This document shows positions 8,412-17,799 of a DNA stretch of 64,000 nt, piece after piece; position 1 is the stretch's first letter, and every line of letters starts with the position of its first letter. This stretch comes from Bryobacterales bacterium (lineage in GTDB: Bacteria > Acidobacteriota > Terriglobia > Bryobacterales > UBA6623), in assembly GCA_965217195.1 (NCBI GenBank), contig CBDCHL010000003.1, forward strand, positions 1,437,260 through 1,501,259, given 5' to 3'. Made by a program: the position numbers and the translations under genes. The notes under the pieces are model-generated. The model saw only the letters and a program-made list of their open reading frames with translations, did not search any database and had not been told where the DNA came from.

Positions 8412-10631
8412 ATGCCGGACATCAAAATATCCGATAACATTTCACTGCCCATCGACGTCAAACCGAACGGTTCTCTTTCGAAATACCTCAAAAATCCTCT
8501 ATCGCTTCTCACCGCGTTTTCCCTGGATACGCCGCTTCTGAAAACTCCGCTGAAGTCTTTGCGCGGCGGCCTCAAGCTGAAAAAGAGCGTCGATCTGCTC
8601 GATCAGGGCGCGTCGAAGGCGGAGTTAAAGCTGAAGGCTTCGGTGGAACAAAGCGTCGGCCTGCGGTTGTTCAAGGCCGGCGATAATGTCTTTGACGACC
8701 ATTTCGGGGGACCGGCGGTATTGCGGGGCTCGGCGGCGAAGGATTTGTCGCCGCTGAAGGTTCCCCAGGGCAAGGCCGTTCTGGCTTTCGACCTGCGGCC
8801 GGAGGTTCAGGTGGGCGTCGAGGGTAAAGCGGGACCGTTGAGCTTTGGGGCGGCCAAGAGCAAGACACTGACGTTCGCCAATTACAGAGAGTTCGATGTC
8901 ACGGACACAACTCCCTCGGTCGGGAAAGCGATTTCCGAGACGGTGAAGGAGTTTGTGATTCCGTCAAAACTTGCGGACCTGAAGAAGATCCCCGGAGCAA
9001 CGACGGTCACGGTGGATTCCGCCGGCGAACTGAAGTTTGAAGGGGGACTCAGCTTCTCGGGGGCTCCGAAGCCTTTCGCGAGCCTTAACGTCCCGCGGTT
9101 ACCGGATCCCATCGAAGTGAAGGTGGGGGCCAAGGTAGGAGTCAGTGGGAAGTTTCGGCTCTTCAGTGAGTATCAACTACGCATTTGGAGAGACGAGAGG
9201 AGCCACAAAATACGGCTGGGCTATTACAAGATGAAGGGCCGCGAAACCACGGTCACGGTGACGGCCGAAGCGGCTCTGAAGGTCGGGACGGGGAACCGGA
9301 GCGCGACGGTTGAATTGTTGCGGCTGGCGGGCGGCAAGAAGGCCGTGAACGAGAAGCAACTCACGGACGCCGGGCTGCGGCCGGCGCGGATTAAGGAGAT
9401 TGCCAAAGTTGTCGAGAGCGGGATGAGCCGCAAAGTGGAGGCGAGTCTCGCCGCTTCGTTCCGGAGGCTGAAGAAAGGCTCGGCCGCGTTCCTGTTCGAG
9501 ATCGACCTGGAAGCGTTGGACTCGGCCGGCAAGCAGGCCGTGCGGCGAGCGCTTCGGAAGGACATCTCCGGGCTCGGGGACGGCGACCGCGTCAAGTCGC
9601 CGAACGGAGTCAAGGTTCTACGGAGCATTTTCCGAGAGGTCAGCGAAGAGGAAAGGTCGGTAAGGATCAATCTGTTCGGGATCTTCAACTACATCTCGGT
9701 GAGCAAGCTTCTCAAAGACAGCCAAATTGTGAATACTCCGGGCGGCGAGTTTGCGATTGTCGACAAAGTAACCTCGACGCAAACCAAAGCCAACTTGAAC
9801 AACCTCAAGAAAGGCGACAAGGCGCTACGTCACTTGATGGACGAGGCGATGCTGGTGACGGCGATTTATCGAGGCGCGCGCCATGCGGTCGGGGCACCGG
9901 ACTTGGACTCCAGTTACACGTATTTCGAGCTGCATCGCAAGACGGGCCGGCAGCGGATGAAGGACAACCTGGACGTGGCAGCGGCTCTGGGTCTGATCAC
10001 CAAGCCGAAGCAGCGGGAACTGCTGGGCGAGGAGAAGAACTTCGGAGTCTCGACGTTCTATATAGAGAGAACCTTCAACGACAGCGAATTTCGGTCTATG
10101 TTTGTCAGCGAGGGTGTGGGCAACAACGGCAAGACGAGAACGGCGTCGCAGTTCGACAAGGCCGGTCTACGGGCTCTCGGGGCCTTGTACGCGGGAGACG
10201 AGAATAACGAGGATCGTTGGCGCGTGATGAATAAGAACTGGCTCGCACTCAAGACGGCCCCGGCATTGGGGGCCGTGGAGGCAGTGGGGAGACGCAAAGG
10301 CCTCAGCGAAACCCAAAGCAAGCTGATGGGGGTGGAGGTGAGCAAAGTCATCACGTGGCGAGAGGCCATGCTCGATCTTGCAAAGGTTCTGCAGGAGGCC
10401 GAACCGTACTTTCAAGAGGGCGCCAAAGACCCCGACGAGGAAGAGTTCAAGAAACTCCAAGGGAGCCTAAGAAAGAAGGTCGGGGAAGTGGCGAAAGAGG
10501 CTCGCGCGCAATGGGGTGATCCCTGGGGAATCGTGGCCTTTCATTTCCTGGCGGGCGGGAAGGGTTTCAAGAAAGTCAAGGTCACGGGCGACAAGTTGGA
10601 GCTTGGGGTCAGTAAGGAGCGGGCAGCGTAA
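8412..10631 (+). CDS. hypothetical protein, 739 aa, Lys-rich, no recognisable domain
   Basis: Long uninterrupted frame. I place the start at ATG 8412 (MPDIKISDN) because the upstream 41 codons (SEKAAASSSPTLRSRRPRLW) look non-coding. No signal peptide. The N-terminal half has alternating beta-like patterns and the C-terminal half looks helical. Confidence 0.7.
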   Translation: MPDIKISDNISLPIDVKPNGSLSKYLKNPLSLLTAFSLDTPLLKTPLKSLRGGLKLKKSVDLLDQGASKAELKLKASVEQSVGLRLFKAGDNVFDDHFGGPAVLRGSAAKDLSPLKVPQGKAVLAFDLRPEVQVGVEGKAGPLSFGAAKSKTLTFANYREFDVTDTTPSVGKAISETVKEFVIPSKLADLKKIPGATTVTVDSAGELKFEGGLSFSGAPKPFASLNVPRLPDPIEVKVGAKVGVSGKFRLFSEYQLRIWRDERSHKIRLGYYKMKGRETTVTVTAEAALKVGTGNRSATVELLRLAGGKKAVNEKQLTDAGLRPARIKEIAKVVESGMSRKVEASLAASFRRLKKGSAAFLFEIDLEALDSAGKQAVRRALRKDISGLGDGDRVKSPNGVKVLRSIFREVSEEERSVRINLFGIFNYISVSKLLKDSQIVNTPGGEFAIVDKVTSTQTKANLNNLKKGDKALRHLMDEAMLVTAIYRGARHAVGAPDLDSSYTYFELHRKTGRQRMKDNLDVAAALGLITKPKQRELLGEEKNFGVSTFYIERTFNDSEFRSMFVSEGVGNNGKTRTASQFDKAGLRALGALYAGDENNEDRWRVMNKNWLALKTAPALGAVEAVGRRKGLSETQSKLMGVEVSKVITWREAMLDLAKVLQEAEPYFQEGAKDPDEEEFKKLQGSLRKKVGEVAKEARAQWGDPWGIVAFHFLAGGKGFKKVKVTGDKLELGVSKERAA

Positions 10632-10707
10632 GTCCAATCTGAGTGCTCGGTTAGGGAGCGTTCTCGGGCACGTCCTCCGCTCGGGTTATGGGTGAAACGG
10701 CGACCGG

Positions 10708-11727
10708 CTACCCGCAGCCGCCCATATTGCCGAATTGGTCACGGTCCTTGCTCCAGCCCAAGGCTCCATCTTGCGTCCTGACCTGGCCCCACCAAACTCC
10801 CCAAAGGGCTTCCGGAGTCGGAACGGGACGGAGATACTCGCCCCAGCAGCGCTTGTCGGGAAACGGGCAATGCTCGTGAATGTCGCCCGAGACGCTTAAT
10901 TCGAACACCTTTCCCTTGACCCAAACTCGCCCGATGCCTTCCCCGAGACGGTCCAGAAGGAAAACGATGGAACCCGCTTTGATCTCGGAATACCCGGGCG
11001 GGTGGCGAACAACCACGGGAATGGGTCTGATGTGTACTTCGCCGGTGAGTCCTTCGACTTTTTCCCCTTTGCGAATGTGTCCAACGACGGTTTGACTGTT
11101 GGGTTTGTCGAAAAGCACGGTATCGGCGAGGACGTCCCAGGTGCGAAACAGACAGCATTCGAACGGACAAGCGTCCTTGGCAATGTACCGTGATGGAGGT
11201 TTCCGGTTGGAGGGCATGCCGTCGAGCTGTTGTTGAAACTGTTGTTTTCGCTCAGCCAGGCGGGTCCGGTCATCGGCGAGGGTTTTCGCGAGCGCGGACT
11301 GTCGGAACGTTGGAGTCTTGGTCAGCGGGTGAAGGGCGTTCCCCTCGGTGCGAAGCCGCCGATCGATTTCGTTGTTCTTTTTGTCGTAGAGATATTCCAG
11401 GATCGCGACGGCCTCGGTGTTGCTGCCGATTTCCACGTAGAACTCGGCCAAGTAAAACCACAAATGGCGGCTTCGGCATTGGCGCCGAATCATCTCTTTG
11501 CGGACGGCGATGACGCCGTCATGATCGCCCGCCTTCATGGCATCATCGTTTCGGCGGTTGAGCGCGCGCTGGGCGGCCATGAAACCGGGGGTGAGTTGAG
11601 TGCGGACTTGGCAGGGACCGCCGATGAGTTTCTGTTCCAGGCTAAGGTGCGCGGGCTGGGCAGGAAGGGAAGGCGCGGTCGCGATGAGTAGGGCGGCGGA
11701 GGGGAGGATTCCGGAAGGCTTGAGCAT
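10708..11727 (-). CDS. hypothetical secreted protein (339 aa, Cys-containing C-terminal beta domain)
   Basis: Signal peptide MLKPSGILPSAALLIATAPSLPAQP, a TPR-like helical middle, and conserved Cys clusters CPFECC and HCPFPDKRCW. Confidence 0.75.
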   Translation of the reverse strand: MLKPSGILPSAALLIATAPSLPAQPAHLSLEQKLIGGPCQVRTQLTPGFMAAQRALNRRNDDAMKAGDHDGVIAVRKEMIRRQCRSRHLWFYLAEFYVEIGSNTEAVAILEYLYDKKNNEIDRRLRTEGNALHPLTKTPTFRQSALAKTLADDRTRLAERKQQFQQQLDGMPSNRKPPSRYIAKDACPFECCLFRTWDVLADTVLFDKPNSQTVVGHIRKGEKVEGLTGEVHIRPIPVVVRHPPGYSEIKAGSIVFLLDRLGEGIGRVWVKGKVFELSVSGDIHEHCPFPDKRCWGEYLRPVPTPEALWGVWWGQVRTQDGALGWSKDRDQFGNMGGCG

Positions 11728-11800
11728 GACGCAGCTTTAGACGCATATTCCGGAAGATGCGTTTCCGGTCGGCTGTGGGGAATTTCTTAGCGTGGGGTTT

Positions 11801-11828
11801 GGCCCGTCGCTTGCGCTCAGGTGCCCTG
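11801..11828. repeat. REP family 2, diverged single arm
   Basis: ggcccgtcgcttgcgctcaggtgccctg compared with the consensus ggcccgtcgcttgcgctctgggctctg. Confidence 0.5.
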
Positions 11829-11954
11829 TGGCCGCTTGCTGTGATCGCAGCGGTTGGATGGCATCCAGGAGGTCAGCGTCAAGGCGACCGCCTATCAAGC
11901 CGAGTGCGGGCGCGTGCCGGGAGCTCGAGTCTTATGAGCTAGTGATCAGAGGAT

Positions 11955-11994
11955 GTGAAAAGACACGTTTCCCCGATCTTGTTGGGAAGGCGTC
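11955..11994. repeat. repeat family 3, 40-nt module (copy A)
   Basis: gtgaaaagacacgtttccccgatcttgttgggaaggcgtc. It differs at 2 of 40 positions (38/40 identical) from 54668-54707. Confidence 0.7.
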
Positions 11995-12129
11995 CAACCG
12001 GAACTGCTCCAGGGCATCATCGGCCGCGCTTGAGTCCTCTCGCTCGCCCGAGCTTCGCTTGGCCGAGTCGAAAATGGTACTCCGCCCGATTCGGATCCTT
12101 GTCCAGCGCCTTCTCCTATTCCGCGATCA

Positions 12130-12232
12130 CTAGTGCCACGACCGCTTGCAAAAGTTTGTTTGGCGGCAAAGCACTATTCTTGAGTGACCGCATCGCGTGG
12201 CGATGCGGCTCTGTTTGGCAAGTGGTTTCCTC
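12130..12232. repeat. repeat family 3, 103-nt module (copy A)
   Basis: 100/103 identical to the reverse complement of 54722-54824. Contains a perfect 9-bp hairpin ccgcatcgc-gtg-gcgatgcgg. Confidence 0.85.
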
Positions 12233-12302
12233 CGCGATGGCGTAAAGAACAACTCGAATCATACATCGGCGGCGTTTCAGGCCGGGGCTCTCGGACCGCG
12301 AG

Positions 12303-13493
12303 CTACTCGGTGCCGTGCGGGGACGGTTTCCATGCCGCGGCCACGGCCGCGGCTACTCTCGCCGCCACGCGACGGTCGAGCGGGTCACTGAGGACGTGCT
12401 CGGCATCGGGGTTTTCCACTGCTCCCGCGAGAGCGCGGGCGGCGGCGGCTTTCATTTCTTCCGTCACCGATGTTGCGCCGGCGTCGAGCGCGCCTCGAAA
12501 GATCCCCGGGAACGCCAGGACGTTGTTGACCTGATTGGGGAAATCGCTGCGGCCTGTTGCAATGACGGCGGCTCCACCTTTTCGAGCTTCGTGCGGCATG
12601 ATTTCGGGAATTGGGTTGGCCATGGCCATGACAATGCAGTCGTCAGCCATCGAGGCCGCATCCTCGGCCGTGAGGAGGTTTCCCTTGCTGACACCGATGA
12701 ATACATTGGCCCCGACGAGCACGTCTTTGAGCGAGCCGTCGCGATTGTGGCGGTTAGAGTGGGCGAGCAGCTCTCGTTTGTAAGGGTTGAGGTCGTCGCG
12801 CCCGCTGTGGATCGCTCCCTTGCTGTCGCAGACGATGACGTCAGCTACGGGCTCGCACACGTTTGGATCAAGTCCCACGCACTGGAGTAGCCGTGCGATT
12901 GCCGCACCGGCGGCGCCGGCCCCGCTGATCACGACCGTCAGCTGAGTCAGTTCGCGGCCGGTGACCTTAGCGGCATTCATCAATGCGGCGAGGACGACGA
13001 TGGCAGTTCCGTGTTGATCGTCGTGAAAAACGGGGATGCCGAGGTTTTGGAGGCCGCGTTCTATCTCAAAGCATCGCGGCGCGGAAATGTCCTCCAGGTT
13101 GATGCCGCCAAAGACCGGCGCGATTGCGCGGACGGTGGCGATGATCTGGTCGACGTCTTGGGTGTCGACGCAAATCGGCCAAGCGTCGATCTGAGCGAAC
13201 TCGCGGAACAGCAGGGCTTTGCCCTCCATGACCGGAATCGCGGCATGGGGGCCAATGTTTCCGAGACCCAGCACGGCCGAACCGTCGCTGACGACGGCAA
13301 CGGAGTTTCCTTTGATCGTGAGATCGCGGGCGCGGGAGACGTCCTTGGCGATCGCCTCGCAGGGCGCGGCGACTCCGGGTGTATAGGCGATCGAAAGGTC
13401 ATCGCGATTTCGGAGGGGCAATTTTCCGGTGACGGCGAGTTTGCCACCTATTTGCTCGTGGACGATCAAGCTGCGTTCGAAGTAGTCGGTCAT
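12303..13493 (-). CDS. NAD(P)-dependent malic enzyme (short, 396 aa form)
   Basis: [34 protein letters not shown] and [15 protein letters not shown] (Rossmann GxGxxG) are hallmarks of the malic enzyme family. Confidence 0.92.
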   Translation of the reverse strand: MTDYFERSLIVHEQIGGKLAVTGKLPLRNRDDLSIAYTPGVAAPCEAIAKDVSRARDLTIKGNSVAVVSDGSAVLGLGNIGPHAAIPVMEGKALLFREFAQIDAWPICVDTQDVDQIIATVRAIAPVFGGINLEDISAPRCFEIERGLQNLGIPVFHDDQHGTAIVVLAALMNAAKVTGRELTQLTVVISGAGAAGAAIARLLQCVGLDPNVCEPVADVIVCDSKGAIHSGRDDLNPYKRELLAHSNRHNRDGSLKDVLVGANVFIGVSKGNLLTAEDAASMADDCIVMAMANPIPEIMPHEARKGGAAVIATGRSDFPNQVNNVLAFPGIFRGALDAGATSVTEEMKAAAARALAGAVENPDAEHVLSDPLDRRVAARVAAAVAAAWKPSPHGTE

Positions 13494-13622
13494 GGATGGG
13501 TTTGCGGTTGACGTCCCGAGCGTAGCCGAGGCGCCGGCCGCAACGCAAGGTTGACTTCCCGGCCAAGTGCGTTTAGGTGCGAAGGTTGATCAACCGGAAA
13601 GTGTTTGCGGCGAGCGGAGCGG

Positions 13623-14342
13623 TCAGCCGGGCTTACGAGCTGCGAAACCGGTCAGGCCTGTCGGGAACGGCTTCTCACCGTAACGAGAGAGGTAGCGGGT
13701 GCGGAAGCCAACCTCCCGGAGCTCGACGGCGACTTCGGCGGGCGGATAAAGGTCGAGTTCGTGAACCTCCTTGCTGCGTCGATAGGTCTCGCCGATTTTT
13801 CGAAAGATCGTGATGTCGCGTGTCAGAATTCTGCTGTTCGCGGACGCCTTATAGTCGACCAGCAGCGCCCAGTCGTCGCCGGAAAAATGTCGCTGCGCGG
13901 GGGTTTTCGGTCGGGTGGGTGTGGCGATGTCGAAGATGAAAAGCCCTCGTGGTCGAAGCGCCCGGTAGATCCGCTTGAACAGCTCGGGTAAGAGGGATCG
14001 ACCTCGCCGGTCGAACCGATAGTTCAGGCATTCGCCAAGCGCCGTTAGGGCGACACACGAGGGGAGCGCTGTTGTGTAGGCGGAGCCGTGCTTGAAGCGC
14101 GCAGTGGGGACGCGTTTGTGGGCGATCTCGAGCATGGAGGCCGATAGGTCGATCCCGAGCACGTCGTAGCCCGCCCGGCACAGTGCTTGGGCCCAGATGC
14201 CGCTGCCGCATCCCAGGTCGATGACCCTGCCGTCGGTGATTCCCGCTTCTTCCAGAGTCTTGAGCAAGCCCGAGGAGGCATCGCGGGCGAACTCGCCGAA
14301 GCCGACGTCGTGGATGTATGCAAGATCGCGTTGGTAGGACAT
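13623..14342 (-). CDS. class I SAM-dependent methyltransferase
   Basis: Motif I VIDLGCGSGIWAQAL. 239 aa. Confidence 0.85.
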   Translation of the reverse strand: MSYQRDLAYIHDVGFGEFARDASSGLLKTLEEAGITDGRVIDLGCGSGIWAQALCRAGYDVLGIDLSASMLEIAHKRVPTARFKHGSAYTTALPSCVALTALGECLNYRFDRRGRSLLPELFKRIYRALRPRGLFIFDIATPTRPKTPAQRHFSGDDWALLVDYKASANSRILTRDITIFRKIGETYRRSKEVHELDLYPPAEVAVELREVGFRTRYLSRYGEKPFPTGLTGFAARKPG

Positions 14343-14357
14343 GAGTACTCTCGGAGG

Positions 14358-14801
14358 TTAGTACGTGCCTGGCCACACTCCCGGCGTGACGAGCTCCAGT
14401 GAATGGTCGTCGGGGTCTCGAAAGTAGACGCTGCGTCCGGATCTGTTTGGAATGTGCCCTTCCCACGGCACTCTGGCCCAATCCACGCGGCTTTCAATGG
14501 CGACATCGTGCTCGCGGAGGTGATCCTCCCATAGGTCGAGTTCCTCCTCGGCCACGCTAAAGGCGATATGCATCCGCCCATCGGCACCGTCGGGCGGGAT
14601 CGTCCCGCCAGGTGTCTCGATCGGTTCTCGGGATCCCCCCTTTCGGAACAGCAGCAGAACATGGCTGGAGTTGACGCTCATCGCCACGATTCTGGGATCT
14701 CTTCCGATCGGATCGAGGCCGAGGACTCGCCGGTAAAACTTTTCCGACTCGATCGGGTCTTCAACGTAGAGTGCGGTTTCGATCACGGTTTCGATTTTCA
14801 T
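14358..14801 (-). CDS. VOC (glyoxalase/bleomycin-resistance/dioxygenase) family protein
   Basis: 147 aa. Typical VOC N-terminus ALYVEDPIESEKFYRRVLGL and C-terminus YFRDPDDHSLEL. Confidence 0.85.
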   Translation of the reverse strand: MKIETVIETALYVEDPIESEKFYRRVLGLDPIGRDPRIVAMSVNSSHVLLLFRKGGSREPIETPGGTIPPDGADGRMHIAFSVAEEELDLWEDHLREHDVAIESRVDWARVPWEGHIPNRSGRSVYFRDPDDHSLELVTPGVWPGTY

Positions 14802-15029
14802 AGGCGTGGTACTCGGTACGCGGCGCTCCCCAGGACATTACATGCCCCATAATGCCAACCGGCGGTTAGTAGACCACCGGCGGGCCGATTTCCGAAACGA
14901 TGATATCGTTTCCAGCGGAGGATTTGCCGGGGGGAACGGAGGCGCATGACGTGCGACAATACCTTGGAGGAAACTTAACTGTGTTGTTAGCTATCTTGAG
15001 CACGGTTGTGTCGATTCGAGGAGGGGAAC

Positions 15030-15797
15030 ATGTCCAATCACAAAGTTGTTTCGGCTGACGAATGGCTGGATGCGCGGAGGGCGCTACTTGCGAAAGAGAA
15101 GGAGTTTACGCGTCTGCGGGATGAGCTGAGCCATGAACGGCGGGAGCTTCCCTGGGAGAAGGTCGGGAAGGAGTATTCCTTCGATGGGCCGAACGGGAAG
15201 GAAACTCTGCCGGACCTATTTGACGGCCGGAGTCAGCTGATCGTCTACCACTTTATGTTCGATCCGGAGTGGGACGAAGGCTGCAAGTCGTGTTCGCTGT
15301 TGGGGGATCACTACAACCCGGCGATCATTCACCTCGAACAGCGTGACGTGACGATGGTGACGGTGTCGCGGGCACCCTTGGCGAAGCTCGAAGCTTTCAA
15401 GAAACGCATGGGGTGGAGCTTCAAGTGGGTGTCGTCGTTCGAAAGCGACTTCAACTGGGACTTCGACGTGTCGTTCACGCCGGAGCAGCTTGCCGAGAAG
15501 AAGATGTATTACAACTACCGCGAGGGATTCTTTCCGTCGTCGGAGGGGCCGGGCATCAGCGTTTTCTCGCGGGACGCGGACGGCAACATTTTTCACACCT
15601 ATTCGTCGTTCGCTCGGGGGCTGGATATGTTTCTCGGTGTGTACAACCTGCTCGATATCGCTCCCAAAGGCCGCGACGAGCAAGATCTGCCCTACGGGAT
15701 GTTCTGGGTGCGGCACCGCGACAAGTACGATGATGCGTCGGCCAAGGACCCTTATGTAGAGCTGCTGCCGGCACCGAAGGCGGCAGAGGGCGACTGA
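15030..15797 (+). CDS. DUF899 thioredoxin-like protein
   Basis: Start at ATG 15030 after GAGGAGGGG. EWLDARRALLAKEKEFTRLRDEL and LIVYHFMFDPEWDEGCKSCS match DUF899 as I remember it. Confidence 0.85.
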   Translation: MSNHKVVSADEWLDARRALLAKEKEFTRLRDELSHERRELPWEKVGKEYSFDGPNGKETLPDLFDGRSQLIVYHFMFDPEWDEGCKSCSLLGDHYNPAIIHLEQRDVTMVTVSRAPLAKLEAFKKRMGWSFKWVSSFESDFNWDFDVSFTPEQLAEKKMYYNYREGFFPSSEGPGISVFSRDADGNIFHTYSSFARGLDMFLGVYNLLDIAPKGRDEQDLPYGMFWVRHRDKYDDASAKDPYVELLPAPKAAEGD

Positions 15798-16155
15798 GTC
15801 GATCGGGTTCGCGCGAGTTTCCCATTGGGGCGTCGGTAGGCCTCGGGGGACCGCGGTGGTTACGCGCAACCCATCCATGTCGCCGAATTGTAGTCGTCTT
15901 TGACCCCGGCAACGGTACCGTCGCCGGTTCCTACTTTGCCCACCACGTTCCCGATCGGTCCGCGTCGCCGGCCGAGGCTTTCCAAACGTGGAAGCGGGCG
16001 GCTACGCTTAGGGGAAAGTCGTGATCCCTTAGAAGCCGTGCGGAAGTATCGAATCGCCAAGGCTGCGTCGACCGGGGGCGCTGGTTGCGGACCTTTCATT
16101 CGCAGCTCCGAGAAGGCCGCGTCCCAAGGTCTTTGAGGTTGAGAAGAAAAGTGTA

Positions 16156-17736
16156 ATGAAGCAAGTTTCGTTGTCTATCTTGTTGTTCTCGACGGCGGCG
16201 CTACCGTGCTTTGCCGGTGACTGGCCTACCTTCGCTTACGATCAGCGGCGTAGCGGCTGGGCGCGCAGTGAGGTGATTCTGAATCGTGACAACGTCACCA
16301 ACTTGACCCTGAAGTGGAAAAAGAAGGTGGAGAACACGACGAAATCGCTGACGGCGCTCACAGCCCCGATCGTGATTACAGATGTGCGCGTCGGGACTGA
16401 TCAGAAGGATCTGGTCTACATCGCCGGCAGCGGCGACGTCTTCTACGCGATCGACGCGGCGAACGGCGAGATCGTTTGGGAAAAGAAATTCCCGAGCCAA
16501 ATCGCCGCGAAATCCGACGGCATGTGGCTGTGCCCGAAGGGTCTTAACGCAACACCCACGGTCGATGTCGGCAAGAACACGATTTACGTCATTGCGACCG
16601 ACGGTAAGTTCTACGCCCTGGACCTGGCGACGGGCAAGGAAAAGTATCGTGCCCAACAATTTGTTCCGGCGTTTGCCAAGACCTGGAGCCTGAATCGCAT
16701 CGGGGATACGATCTATACGCCGATTTCGCAGAACTGCGGTGACACACCGTCGGGTGTGGCGTCGATTGATGTCAGTGACCCGGGGGCGATCGTGATCCGA
16801 AACTGGCGAGCGACAACTCGTTTCGGCGCCGGCGTCTGGGGTCGCGCCGGTGTTGCGATTGGGAAAGACGGATCGATCTATGCGGGTACGGGTGACAGTC
16901 CGTTCAACGCGGTCAAGGGTGTTTACGGCAACACGATGTTTCGGCTCAACCCGGAGACGCTCAAGCTCGAGGACTATTTCACGCCGGCCAACTGGGATTA
17001 CGTTTATAAGCGCGATTTCGATATCACGGTGTCGGCAACGGTTTTTGAGTACCGCGATTACGAATTGATGGTCATAGGGGGCAAGGAGGGCGTTGTTTAC
17101 CTAATCGATACCAACAACATGGGCGGTGCGACGCATCACAAGAACCTGTATACGACGCCTTTGCTCTCGAATGACGAGGAGTGGTTCGAGGCCAAGGGGC
17201 TGTGGGGCGCGTTCACCCACTACGTTGACGATCAGGGGCGCAACTGGATTTATGTTCCGGCCTGGGGGCCGGTCTCGAATCGAGCGCCCGATTTTCCGAT
17301 GACCAACGGGCCGAACCCGAACGGTTCGGTCATGGCATTCACCGTCGCCGATCATCCCGACAACGGTAAACCGTATCTCAAAGCGGCGTGGGTTAGCGGT
17401 GATTTCGCCGTTCCAGAGCCGGTCGTGGTCGCGAACGATGTCGTTTTTGCTCTATCGAACGGCGAGAACGCCAGGCAGTCGATCAACGCCGGCATTATGC
17501 CTTTTGGGAAATTCGACTCGGACGAACTGCTCGAGGACTCGACCCGCGCGGATAACAAGAAGACTGCTGAACTGCGCGCTCTCGACGCGCTGACCGGCAA
17601 GACATTGTACGACTCGGGCCCAAGCGTTTTTAACTCCTGGGCGCACTTCAGCGGCATCGCGGTGGCCGACGGGCAGGTGTACGCTGTTGACTTTTCATCG
17701 ACGCTCTACTGCTTCGGTTTGAAGGAAGAAGAATAG
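16156..17736 (+). CDS. PQQ-like beta-propeller repeat protein, secreted
   Basis: Signal peptide MKQVSLSILLFSTAALPCFA. Repeated motifs: YIAGSGDVFYAIDAANGEIVWE, VIATDGKFYALDLATGKEKY and YAVDFSSTLYCF. Confidence 0.85.
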   Translation: MKQVSLSILLFSTAALPCFAGDWPTFAYDQRRSGWARSEVILNRDNVTNLTLKWKKKVENTTKSLTALTAPIVITDVRVGTDQKDLVYIAGSGDVFYAIDAANGEIVWEKKFPSQIAAKSDGMWLCPKGLNATPTVDVGKNTIYVIATDGKFYALDLATGKEKYRAQQFVPAFAKTWSLNRIGDTIYTPISQNCGDTPSGVASIDVSDPGAIVIRNWRATTRFGAGVWGRAGVAIGKDGSIYAGTGDSPFNAVKGVYGNTMFRLNPETLKLEDYFTPANWDYVYKRDFDITVSATVFEYRDYELMVIGGKEGVVYLIDTNNMGGATHHKNLYTTPLLSNDEEWFEAKGLWGAFTHYVDDQGRNWIYVPAWGPVSNRAPDFPMTNGPNPNGSVMAFTVADHPDNGKPYLKAAWVSGDFAVPEPVVVANDVVFALSNGENARQSINAGIMPFGKFDSDELLEDSTRADNKKTAELRALDALTGKTLYDSGPSVFNSWAHFSGIAVADGQVYAVDFSSTLYCFGLKEEE

Positions 17737-17799
17737 AGGAGACCCGGCCCGGGGGTGGAACCCTAGGTAACCGGCAACCCTCGCCGAGACTGGGGGGAA

